Shown piece by piece: positions 27,451 through 35,733 of a DNA stretch of 64,000 bases. This DNA comes from a virus. The notes under the pieces are model-generated. The model was not told where the DNA came from. It did no database searches and was given only the letters and a program-made list of their open reading frames with translations. The stretch covers positions 1-64,000 of IMG/VR virus record IMGVR_UViG_3300032431_000001, one strand, 5' to 3'. A program made the translations under genes and the position numbers. The stretch's first letter is position 1. Every line of letters starts with the position of its first letter.

Positions 27451-27603
27451 ATGAAAACAAAAAGAATTGATATTCGGATGACAGCCTATGAAGTTCTACA
27501 ACTAGACTCGGAGGCTGAGCGCCGGGGAATGACGCGCTCGGAGTTGATCCGAAGCATGGTTGCTAGGTTGCCAGAGCTAGAATTAGAATTAAAGCCGTCT
27601 TGA
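27451..27603 (+). CDS. ribbon-helix-helix (CopG/MetJ-like) small protein
   Basis: 50-aa ORF below the track cutoff: MKTKRIDIRMTAYEVLQLDSEAERRGMTRSELIRSMVARLPELELELKPS. It shows the beta-strand KRIDIRMT plus two helices typical of RHH. It lies between the tnpB start and the IS end motif. Confidence 0.45.
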   Translation: MKTKRIDIRMTAYEVLQLDSEAERRGMTRSELIRSMVARLPELELELKPS

Positions 27604-27724
27604 AAGACGGGGCTTATGACCCATTTTTCCGGTTAACGATATAATTTAAGGAAAAAAATCGACTCTAAATCGCTAGAAGCCTTTCTGGGTCGAGATTTGA
27701 TTCTAGGAAAAGTTTCGGGTCGTA

Positions 27725-28114
27725 TTGTCAACAAGGATGGAGCCGGAACCCCAAAGTCTTATCAAATACGGCGTCTGGGATAACCTAGAAGTTGCGGTAG
27801 ATGTTGGCAAAGAAGACCTGTACTTATCGTTTCCCACGATTGAGACGATTCTCAACTACAGACCAAATAGTTTAAGGGAAAAAATCGCCTCTAAATCCCT
27901 AAAAACCTTTCTGGGGGAGGGTTTAATTCTAGGGAAAATTTCGGGTAATATTGTCAACAAGGCAGGAACCGGAACCCCGAAAGTCTCTTTAATTTTGTTG
28001 AGGAATTTCACCGATCGCCCGCTAAATTCTAAAACAAAAGCCCCGTTACTAAATTTAGTAACGGGGCTTTTGTTGTTATTGAGGTCTAAACTCGATCTGC
28101 GTGATCGGTGCTAG
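27725..28114 (+). pseudogene. decayed member of the 16324-type family; reads through its terminator
   Basis: TTG start. The ORF runs through the terminator hairpin (28039-28068) into the 3' end of the convergent gene. A ~115-nt direct repeat (27645-27759 vs 27871-27986, about 75% identity) encodes KI(D/A)SKSL..FLG..LILGK.SG.IVNK.G.GTPK twice. Confidence 0.35.
28039..28068. terminator. palindromic bidirectional terminator
   Basis: AGCCCCGTTACTAAATTTAGTAACGGGGCT with A-run/T-run, just 3' of the 705-aa gene stop (28076). Confidence 0.7.
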
Positions 28115-30193
28115 TTTTTGTTCTTCGATGACCGATCGCCCGACCCAAATCCTCAAGCGTTCGGCAATTTTAGCCAAATCGTCGGGTAACTTAGATCGCA
28201 GGTTTTCGCAAATTTCTGCGACACCTTCGATGCCTCGAAGTTCTGCTTCACGTTTGACATCGACCAAAGCGGCTTTATATCCGCGATAGTATTCTTTACT
28301 CAAACTTGCTTGCCATATAATTCGTAATCGTGGGATCTCTTGGGACAATGTGTCTTGTCCCAATATCTCAACGATAGTTTCACTGGCTGTTGACAGATCA
28401 TCTGCCAAGTCAGCCAATACGAGAATATATTCGTTGAAATCCACACGAGATTTCGTGATTTCAGATTTCGCTTTCGCGAATCCATCTGGCGTTGCCAGAC
28501 GGTATATATCTCGAATCGTGTCCGCGACGGGACACTTGTCTTCAGAGAAGACTTTGTAGTTTTGATAGTCCCTCACGAAGCTTGAAACTTCGGAAATAAT
28601 ATCGACTTCCTCGTCAATTTCCCCTGGTTCGGGGGTTGACTCGGCTTGGGCGATCGGATTGATCTCGATCGCCCGACAGACAAAGCTGCCGTTTGAATCA
28701 AGCACTTCTTGGACAAGTTCGTCCGGGAGTGCTTGCTGCTCTTTTCTGAAGCTGATGAAATGTGGTTCATGAAGAACGCATATACCCACTTCAGTCTTAT
28801 CGTCACCAATACGACACATTTCTGTGTCGGTCGTTGGTAGAGCGATCCGAATTCTCGAATCGAGACTCTCGATGATGTCCGCAAGTGCAACGGCACTCAC
28901 GTAACATTTGTACGGCGTAGTGTCGTACCCCCTGTTTTTTGGGGTCAGGGTGACTAAACCGTCAATACCTTGAAAGGTCAAGGTGTTGTCTTCCCCCCAC
29001 CAAATTCGACAGTAGTTATCTGTTGGATTTCTCCAATTCAACCACCGTGTAACTTTGGATAGGGCTTGTAGGAATTCGTCTCTGCTAAATTCAGCAGGGA
29101 CTTCCTTGCTAACAGGCAATTCGTGCCAGTTACTGGGATATTCGTTGATATCCATCAATTCGCCACGTAGTGCGGCGCTTTCCGATGTTAGTACGAATTC
29201 CCCATTTTCCTTAAAAGATAAGGAGACTATTTGGTCGTCATCGCGCTGAATTCGACAGAATTCGTCGATCCCATCTTGTGGGACTAAGAATCTGCCTGGG
29301 TTGTCAGAGCGTCCGAGTTCAGCGCTGTAAACGCTAATCCCAGAAAATCCTTTTATCCGGGTATAAGCTCCGGTATGGATCTCGACACCTGTTAAGTAAA
29401 AATCTGAGTGCTGTCTGCAAGGCAAGCTTGCAACTATTTTGGTCGCAAATTTCATTTTCTTCCAGTTTTCCTGGGAGAAGTGAACTGTTGCGATTGTCGG
29501 AATAGAGGTCTGGACTTTCTTGTCGAAAGCTGTCAATCCTCCATTCCTGTGAACGATGCGTAGGCGATCGCCTTGCATTAAGCAAACTGAGAGTTCCCAA
29601 TCTTTCTCTAGCGCAAGATGAATATCTTTTTCGGGGATATTCATCGTTGTAACCGTACCGTGTTTTTTTGTGACTTTAGTTGTCACCTCGGCGATTTTCT
29701 TTGTCGCCTTAAATGTGTACTGTTCCTTCTCAAGAGAATCTTTATGGCTCAGGATTTTTAGTTGCTGGCGATCGAGATAGAACACTTTAAATTGTTCTAA
29801 CTGCGCCACGACAGCTTGGACTTCGTAGAATTCGCGGGCATAATTTTCCCCGCAATACTCATTGTCGTTGCTTTCATCGTCACTAACATCTGTTTCTATT
29901 TGTAGCACCTGAATTGGCGCTTCTTGTACACCTTCCTTCTTTTCCACTACTTGGAGTAGTATTTCCGAGTATGGACAATTGGAAGGGTTTAGTCTTCCTA
30001 GAGCTGTCAATATCTCAGATGTATCTACAGTAATCTGAAATACCTGCGTTTGAGTTGCCCCAATGGCAGGTAAGGCGATCGTGTATTTATTACCCTTTTT
30101 CCCTGAAATTACAACAGAGTTCCAAGCCCAGTCAATAGAGACCTCTTTGGTATTTAGGCTGGCTATTGTGTTGGCTAACTTTTCAGTTTTCAT
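28076..30193 (-). CDS. aberrant DnaN-fold (sliding-clamp-like) protein with helical C-terminal extension
   Basis: 705 aa. Collinear with the window's own DnaN: YLTGVEIH..RIKGFSGISVYSAEL vs VLSGIHLK..ELAATDGHRLSLTSV; MDINEYPSNWHELPV vs RTLQGAYPNYPDLIP; AEFSRDEFLQALSKV vs ILVDRKRLLASVERI; YVSAVALADIIESLDS vs FGFNIKYLLDILKAGN. It also has an acidic insertion in domain I and a ~200-aa C-terminal tail. Confidence 0.5.
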   Translation of the reverse strand: MKTEKLANTIASLNTKEVSIDWAWNSVVISGKKGNKYTIALPAIGATQTQVFQITVDTSEILTALGRLNPSNCPYSEILLQVVEKKEGVQEAPIQVLQIETDVSDDESNDNEYCGENYAREFYEVQAVVAQLEQFKVFYLDRQQLKILSHKDSLEKEQYTFKATKKIAEVTTKVTKKHGTVTTMNIPEKDIHLALEKDWELSVCLMQGDRLRIVHRNGGLTAFDKKVQTSIPTIATVHFSQENWKKMKFATKIVASLPCRQHSDFYLTGVEIHTGAYTRIKGFSGISVYSAELGRSDNPGRFLVPQDGIDEFCRIQRDDDQIVSLSFKENGEFVLTSESAALRGELMDINEYPSNWHELPVSKEVPAEFSRDEFLQALSKVTRWLNWRNPTDNYCRIWWGEDNTLTFQGIDGLVTLTPKNRGYDTTPYKCYVSAVALADIIESLDSRIRIALPTTDTEMCRIGDDKTEVGICVLHEPHFISFRKEQQALPDELVQEVLDSNGSFVCRAIEINPIAQAESTPEPGEIDEEVDIISEVSSFVRDYQNYKVFSEDKCPVADTIRDIYRLATPDGFAKAKSEITKSRVDFNEYILVLADLADDLSTASETIVEILGQDTLSQEIPRLRIIWQASLSKEYYRGYKAALVDVKREAELRGIEGVAEICENLRSKLPDDLAKIAERLRIWVGRSVIEEQKLAPITQIEFRPQ

Positions 30194-30207
30194 AATTGAG
30201 TTAAGAA

Positions 30208-30267
30208 AGACTACCCCTCTATTATACTACAAATGGAGTGATTTGTAGTATAATAGAGGGGTAGTCT
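30208..30267. promoter_or_regulatory. 27-bp perfect inverted repeat carrying mirrored divergent promoters
   Basis: AGACTACCCCTCTATTATACTACAAAT (30208-30234), 6 nt, ATTTGTAGTATAATAGAGGGGTAGTCT (30241-30267). Each arm contains TATAAT, N6, GTAGTC reading outward (plus 30249-30266, minus 30209-30226). Confidence 0.7.
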
Positions 30268-30282
30268 TTTAAAGGTTCAATC

Positions 30283-32256
30283 ATGACTTTTATTAATTTA
30301 AAACATTTCAAAGGAAAGGTTGCCACTGTCGCAAAAATAAGCGATCGTAACAACTTCGTAGAATTAATCCTTTCAAAACAAGGAAGGCTGTCGTTCCGAA
30401 TTTTATTTGGGGACGGTCAGGGTCAGGTCAGTATCCCGATCGAATCACGGACTATAAAAGACAAATCACAATTTTCCGATAAAACGGTTGTTGTGCCTGT
30501 AGAAATACTGGCCAAATTAACAAGAAATCTTCCTGTTTTACTGGAAGAAATCAAGCTGGAGTTTACATCTCCAGGACTGATTATTACGGGTGGTTACGGA
30601 AAAACGCAGACTGACGAAGAAAAACCGCTGTATTCGATGCAGTATGAATTGCATCATTGTGAATACTTGCATAATAAGCGCGAGTATGACCTTACTGAAG
30701 AGAAGGTTATATCCTTCTCTACGAAGACAGACGTTGCTTCGGTCTTGACCGACGCAGCAAAGGTCGCACAAAAAGCCACCGCTTCGAGGTTAAATAATTT
30801 ATTTTTGTCCTGTAAAGAGGACGAAATACTAATCTCGGCTACGAATGGTCATCAGATCATTCAAAAATACATTTACAGTACAGCGACGCTTGATGCGGAT
30901 ATTGACTTTATTGTCAGTGCCGAATTAGGCGTGGCGATCGGGAAGTTCTCTTTCCAAATCGCCCACTGGGAAATCTATCAAAATTTCGTCAAAGTAACTC
31001 TTGACGATGTTATTGAAATATTTGCCGAGCGCCCGCTGATGCCTGAATTCCCGGATTTCAAAAAATGGGAAGACAAAAGCCAGCACGTAAGTCTGATCGT
31101 GGATGCTAACGAGATAAAAACTCGTCTAGCCAAGTTCAGTAAAGATACTTGGCTGTGGTTATACACAGTTGAAAATCGACTGGCGATCGAATGCTATCAG
31201 GATGATAGCGTAGGGATTTCTTGGGTAAAAAATACCCTCAAGACACCCCCGGCAATAGCTATTGTTAACAGCAAGTTATTGCTGGACACTTTAAAAGCCG
31301 TCAAGAAAGGGACGAGTCAGATCAGGCTTTTGCTACCTAAATTGGTAGCTGAGAACGAGTCTGAAGAGTTCTTTAATAGCGGTACAGATACCCGAAATGT
31401 AGTGTATTTAGAGTTTGATAAAAACTCTTATCTCGTTGCTGGAGGGAAAAGACGAGCTTTGCGAACACCGCCAGGTGTTAGCGACTGGTTGATCGTCCAA
31501 GGATGGTCGATATTTCCAGAAAGTAAGCCAGTTTCGACCGCTGCAAAATCAGTGGTTAAGATCCTTAGTGATCGTTGGAATGGCAAAGGGTGGGAACGCC
31601 CTGAGCTCATTGAGTGCGGATGCGGAACCGTGCATGACGAATCTACCTTAAAACCGCAAATCAAGAAATTGAAAGGTCATTGCGAGTTCTGCGAAGATTA
31701 TCGCGAACTTGCTTTGTACCGAATTGACCGCCGTTGCGCGAACCCAACTTGTAATACGCGGAACACGGTAACGGTCGATCTCCCATTTCCTAACCCAGTT
31801 TGTATGAACTGCGGAAATGGTTCGTTCACAACGACGCACTATTTTAAGTGCTTAGAATGTGAAGCGCGTGTAACAGTCGAAGACTGCAAAAGCTGTCTTT
31901 ATGACGACGCAATCCTAGAAAAGGATGCGTTAATGTGGCAGTGCGGTGCTTGCGAGTCTACCTTTTTCGCGGATGATATTTGCGATAAAGAGGATTTGCA
32001 GTACCTTCAAGAACTAGAGGTAGAGGACGACTTTATCTTTATCGGATGCCCGTGCTGTAAACGGTTCGATGTCGAACTGACTAGCTCGCAGATGTATTCG
32101 TGCTTCGTGTGTGGTACAACCGCCCACGAATCTTTTTACATTCCCGAAATTGAAGCATTATTGCTTCCTTGTTCGGAATGCAACGAAGACCTGAGCAGCA
32201 TTCCTTCAGAAAAAATGAACAATCCGTTTGTCGTTGGAGGAGTGACTAGATTCTAA
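30283..32256 (+). CDS. DnaN-like sliding-clamp homolog fused to a C-terminal multi-zinc-ribbon domain
   Basis: 657 aa. VPVEILAKLTRNLP vs DnaN VPAKLLLDIVSRLP; ILISATNGHQIIQ vs LELAATDGHRLSL; ERPLMPEFPDFKKW vs RTLQGAYPNYPDLIP; IAIVNSKLLLDTLKAV vs FGFNIKYLLDILKAG; YLVAGGKR vs FLMMPVQLR. The C-terminal ~230 aa carries about ten CxxC/CxC pairs (CGCG, CEFC, CMNC, CLEC, CKSC, CGAC, CPCC, CFVC, CSEC). Confidence 0.6.
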   Translation: MTFINLKHFKGKVATVAKISDRNNFVELILSKQGRLSFRILFGDGQGQVSIPIESRTIKDKSQFSDKTVVVPVEILAKLTRNLPVLLEEIKLEFTSPGLIITGGYGKTQTDEEKPLYSMQYELHHCEYLHNKREYDLTEEKVISFSTKTDVASVLTDAAKVAQKATASRLNNLFLSCKEDEILISATNGHQIIQKYIYSTATLDADIDFIVSAELGVAIGKFSFQIAHWEIYQNFVKVTLDDVIEIFAERPLMPEFPDFKKWEDKSQHVSLIVDANEIKTRLAKFSKDTWLWLYTVENRLAIECYQDDSVGISWVKNTLKTPPAIAIVNSKLLLDTLKAVKKGTSQIRLLLPKLVAENESEEFFNSGTDTRNVVYLEFDKNSYLVAGGKRRALRTPPGVSDWLIVQGWSIFPESKPVSTAAKSVVKILSDRWNGKGWERPELIECGCGTVHDESTLKPQIKKLKGHCEFCEDYRELALYRIDRRCANPTCNTRNTVTVDLPFPNPVCMNCGNGSFTTTHYFKCLECEARVTVEDCKSCLYDDAILEKDALMWQCGACESTFFADDICDKEDLQYLQELEVEDDFIFIGCPCCKRFDVELTSSQMYSCFVCGTTAHESFYIPEIEALLLPCSECNEDLSSIPSEKMNNPFVVGGVTRF

Positions 32257-32262
32257 AACAAA

Positions 32263-32292
32263 AGCCCCGCAAGGTATTAACCTTGCGGGGCT
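32263..32292. terminator. palindromic bidirectional terminator shared by the 657-aa gene and the DGQHR gene
   Basis: AGCCCCGCAAGGTATTAACCTTGCGGGGCT between stops 32256 (+) and 32299 (-). Confidence 0.75.
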
Positions 32293-32298
32293 TTTTAT

Positions 32299-33489
32299 TT
32301 ATTTAGTTTTGGGCTTGGTGACTGGTAATTCCAGTTTTTCCACCAAGTAATCAAAGATGCGCTCATCTGCGCCAGATGTGATTACCTTCCCTTGTGGGGT
32401 TAAAACATCGATCGCCAGCCAATCTGCATTACCTTTCGACCAGTCAATGTCTGAAAGCTTTTGCAAAATTGCAATCTTGCCTTCACGCAGTGCTTCTGTT
32501 GTAGGCATGAACACGGCTCCCAATTTCCCGATCGCCTTCACGGAGATCGAATGAGTGGCGATCGTTTCCCGTCGGACTATGACGGGGTTTTGTCCCCAGT
32601 CTTTCATGACCTGAGAGATGATACTCCAGTATTGGCGTACTAATCGCTTCTGATCGTCTAGGGGGCTGAACTTAATGTGTTTGCGAGAGAACTCGATCGC
32701 CTCTTGCAATGTTTTGTACGGGAAAATCTTTTCACTTTTCCCGTTTACTGACGGGCTGTTGTACTCGATACAACTCTGAGAGAATACTGAGATTCGCTCG
32801 TCGTGATCTTGGGCAATAATGTGGGACACAAGATGCGTTCCCGGATTGCGGTGATCCATCGACTTCGATAGACCACTTGATACTTTTGTTTGCTCTTCGT
32901 TGATGTCGCGGAAAGCCTGTCTGCGGGCGATTACACTGTCTATACAGTAAAGCGTCGCCGTGACGTGTTCATCGGCTAGTGTCGGATCTTCTCGCAAAGC
33001 GAGATTAAGACCTAGTAACCGATGCTGTCCGTCTAAAGGGAATAGTTTTGTTCCCTTTCTTAAACATAGCTCGCCGTAACACCCACCAACAGAAAAGAAG
33101 TCGAATCCACCTTCAATCACTATTGTAACTGCGGGTAGAATGTAAGACGTTCTGTTTGCTAGCACATAGGCTGAAAGTTTTTTAACTTTCGGCCCTTTAA
33201 CTTCGCGCTGTATTCGTTCCGGTTGTGGAACGTTCCTCTCCGCAAAAGATATTAGCTTCGCTAGCTTGCCAATCGTTAGTTGGATGGTGTAGAACTCTCG
33301 TTCGGCTTGAACACCTTTTAAGGCGTCAAACTTGATCCAGTGTTCGATTGGTTCGATTAATTCGATTGCTTCGGCGATCGGTTCGATTGCCACAGACTCT
33401 AAAACTTCTTCTGGAATTATTTCCAGGTTTTCAGTGGGAGTTATCGCTACTTTCGCAGGTACAACTTTTTTCTTAGTATTGAGTGGCAT
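32299..33489 (-). CDS. DGQHR-domain (DndB/DpdB-like, ParB-nuclease-superfamily) protein
   Basis: 396 aa with an exact DGQHR signature (KLFPLDGQHRLLGLNLAL). Promoter TAAAAT, N7, GTAGTC (33505-33523 minus). Convergent with the 657-aa gene across a shared terminator (32263-32292). Confidence 0.8.
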   Translation of the reverse strand: MPLNTKKKVVPAKVAITPTENLEIIPEEVLESVAIEPIAEAIELIEPIEHWIKFDALKGVQAEREFYTIQLTIGKLAKLISFAERNVPQPERIQREVKGPKVKKLSAYVLANRTSYILPAVTIVIEGGFDFFSVGGCYGELCLRKGTKLFPLDGQHRLLGLNLALREDPTLADEHVTATLYCIDSVIARRQAFRDINEEQTKVSSGLSKSMDHRNPGTHLVSHIIAQDHDERISVFSQSCIEYNSPSVNGKSEKIFPYKTLQEAIEFSRKHIKFSPLDDQKRLVRQYWSIISQVMKDWGQNPVIVRRETIATHSISVKAIGKLGAVFMPTTEALREGKIAILQKLSDIDWSKGNADWLAIDVLTPQGKVITSGADERIFDYLVEKLELPVTKPKTK

Positions 33490-33553
33490 ATAAAACCTTA
33501 GATGGACTACATTTATAATTTTACTTTATTGTGTTTATAAAATCAAATAAAAA

Positions 33554-33592
33554 AGCCTACCAAACTAATTAAATTAATTAGTTTGGTAGGCT
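33554..33592. terminator. palindromic terminator (AATTAAATTAATT loop)
   Basis: AGCCTACCAAACTAATTAAATTAATTAGTTTGGTAGGCT with A5/T6 flanks, 3' of stop 33600 (-). Confidence 0.7.
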
Positions 33593-33599
33593 TTTTTAT

Positions 33600-33980
33600 T
33601 TACCACTCGTCTCTTGTTATTCGCAAGATAGAGGTACTCGTGTCGTTCTTCTCGAACAACCAGGCTTCTATTTGATTCCAAGCTTCGCTTGGCGACTCAC
33701 ATAGAATGGGCAACGCCCGTCCGTCTGACAGTTCGACTCGATGTACCGCGATTGTTTCCGTCCAGTAGTCTTCGTAGTCATCGTCGTCTTTTTCGACTTC
33801 TATAAACCAAGGGCTTGCTTTTTCCTGAGAAGCTAGATACTGTAAGAAAACAATCGCGGTTGCGATCGCTTCTCGAACGGTTTTTACCGCTTTTGAAAGA
33901 ACAGTTAATTGGTCAAGAAAATAAATCATTTGCATTTCCTGGTTTTGTTGAATGAGGAGGTTCTCTCCTCTTGTATACAT
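33600..33980 (-). CDS. hypothetical acidic protein
   Basis: 126 aa with a DDDDYEDYW acidic patch. A palindromic terminator at 33554-33592 lies immediately downstream. Confidence 0.5.
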   Translation of the reverse strand: MYTRGENLLIQQNQEMQMIYFLDQLTVLSKAVKTVREAIATAIVFLQYLASQEKASPWFIEVEKDDDDYEDYWTETIAVHRVELSDGRALPILCESPSEAWNQIEAWLFEKNDTSTSILRITRDEW

Positions 33981-34281
33981 TAATTATACTCTATATAAGG
34001 AATAAATGCAATAGTGTAGTTTGGGGAAATATATAAGGAGGATTGATTTAAGTATAAAAGTTGGTAATTACTCGAAGGATTGCGGTTTTCAGAGACAAGT
34101 ATAATCATCTCGGAGCGCTAATATGTTTCAGGCACGTAACGCTTCGACAAGGATTTGATATATGCGTAGCTTTTACTTATGTGTAAGCGCAAAAAAGCAG
34201 CTTGCTATCGCTAGGAAGCTGCTTTTTATAGAGGTAGTTGCGGGCGATCGGGCTTAATCTTTGAAACTAATTCTCGCTGAT

Positions 34282-34593
34282 CTATGTTGCTACGGAAAGA
34301 GCGATTTGTGGATACCCGTAGATATTGCTTTTCCTGACAATCGTGTTACCTGCTTTTATAAGTAAACCTGATTTAACTCCAAAATCCAGGCAGGCTGCTG
34401 AAACGCCGTGGTTGTCAGAAACGATTGCACTCGTTTCTGACGGGGCATCGGTTTTAGCCGTTAATATTTCAAAAACCTTCTCAAAATAAGATAATCGTTC
34501 CTTATCTTGCCACTCGCTTTTGCACATTTGACTCAGGTTGACAACAATGTTATCTTTTTTGGGTTTACTGTCCGCACGTAGATATCTTTGCAA
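34282..34593 (-). CDS. hypothetical protein (uncertain)
   Basis: 103 aa from a TTG start; an alternative start is ATG 34527. A bidirectional hairpin lies downstream at about 34196-34226. No domain recognised. Confidence 0.3.
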   Translation of the reverse strand: MQRYLRADSKPKKDNIVVNLSQMCKSEWQDKERLSYFEKVFEILTAKTDAPSETSAIVSDNHGVSAACLDFGVKSGLLIKAGNTIVRKSNIYGYPQIALSVAT

Positions 34594-34661
34594 CGTGGTG
34601 GAACTGTTATCAAGTAACGCTTATAACTCTTTGGACATCCGATTTTGCAACGTGGTGGAAC
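34587..34661. promoter_or_regulatory. two identical 18-bp direct repeats (candidate operator sites)
   Basis: TTTGCAACGTGGTGGAAC occurs at 34587-34604 and 34644-34661 (57 bp apart), in the divergent region upstream of the KilA-N gene. Confidence 0.4.
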
Positions 34662-34790
34662 GGCGTAATCTGATACCTTTGGGTAGTTATCTTCCTGAGA
34701 GTTGAAATATGATATGATTTAAAGGTTAGCCGCAAGGGTGCTACAAACACCCCATTATCAGCGGCAGTCCACTTAGGGAAGTAAGCAGAC

Positions 34791-35579
34791 ATGACTAATT
34801 TAACAGTTTTTGACTTTTCTGGCAAGAATATTCGGTTTGAGCGCCGGGGCGATCGTGTCTGGGTCAGCTTGACCGACATGGCCAAAGCATCAGGCAAATT
34901 AGTAGCAGACTATTCCCGATCTAAGTCTACCAGTGAGTTCTTAGGAGAGTTAGAGAGCATTATGGGAAATCCCATAATGCTCTCTAATGTCGGAGGAACC
35001 CCGGAAATGACGGGAACATGGGGTGTGGAAGAAGTTGCGATCGACTTTGCGGCCTGGTGTAGCGTGACGTTCAGAATATGGGTGTCTCAGCAAATCCGTA
35101 CTTTGATGACAGATGGTACGGTGACGATCGCGCCCCAATCGGAGCAGCTAAGAGTAGATTTAACTCCAAATCAGTTAGATTTGCTCCGAACATCACTGTC
35201 TAGCGTTCCCGTGCCTCTAGTAGACGGGTTACTTCTGAACGAGGTGCAGCAACATTATCCGCACCTTAAGAGTGCTGTCAACGCGGGTCATTCGTTGCTT
35301 GCAGCCACTACCGCAATTCCCGACATACTACTAACTCCAACAGCGATCGGCGAACAACTCGGAATATCAGCGCGCACTGTTAACGCCGTCTTAACGGCCA
35401 ACGACTACCAAATCAAGAACCCCAGCAAGAGCAAAACGCAGCCCGCCTATCTCCCGACTGAGAAGGGCAAACCGTATTCTTCCAACACGATCGCAACGGG
35501 TCGCGACACCGACAACACTAGCTACCAGCATATTAAGTGGGTTCAGGCGATCGTTGAGGTAGTCCGAAGCCTGATGTAG
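34791..35579 (+). CDS. KilA-N domain protein
   Basis: 262 aa. TVFDFSGKNIRFERRGDRVWVSLTDMAKASGK...STSEFLGELE...GGTPEMTGTWGVEEVAIDFAAWCSVTFRIWVSQQI fits the KilA-N pattern (..GTW.h..la..fA.W.sp.F..wv). The C-terminal part has a possible HTH (IGEQLGISARTVNAVL). Confidence 0.7.
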   Translation: MTNLTVFDFSGKNIRFERRGDRVWVSLTDMAKASGKLVADYSRSKSTSEFLGELESIMGNPIMLSNVGGTPEMTGTWGVEEVAIDFAAWCSVTFRIWVSQQIRTLMTDGTVTIAPQSEQLRVDLTPNQLDLLRTSLSSVPVPLVDGLLLNEVQQHYPHLKSAVNAGHSLLAATTAIPDILLTPTAIGEQLGISARTVNAVLTANDYQIKNPSKSKTQPAYLPTEKGKPYSSNTIATGRDTDNTSYQHIKWVQAIVEVVRSLM

Positions 35580-35733
35580 CGTTTTGCTATTCTGCTGAAA
35601 GAGGTCGCGGGATAAGAACGAGTTACCCGATCGCCCAAAAGATACAGACTTGCTCAGGTTGAGAGAGAATAGAGTTGAAAAGCTAAATTTTCGCCCCACC
35701 CTACCAGGCAGCGCCATTACAGGCGCTTTTTTT

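Larger units (their letters stand above)
26191..27620 (-). mobile_element. IS200/IS605-family element, tnpB only (second copy, diverged); ends approximate
   Basis: The end motifs are shared with the element at 19449-20820 (see that entry). The TnpB proteins share long identical blocks. Confidence 0.55.

Noticed and set aside
34100-34228. Possible ~110-nt small RNA (TATAAT at 34100-34105 to the hairpin at about 34196-34226)
   Set aside because: The -35 is poor. The hairpin is bidirectional and equally serves as terminator of the minus-strand ORF ending at 34282. No conserved structure can be judged from one sequence.
35710-35733. Hairpin AGCGCC-ATTACA-GGCGCT plus T7 immediately before the TMP ATG as a terminator/attenuator
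   Set aside because: The stem is only 6 bp. It may simply be the end of the KilA-N transcript or have no function. Too weak to call.
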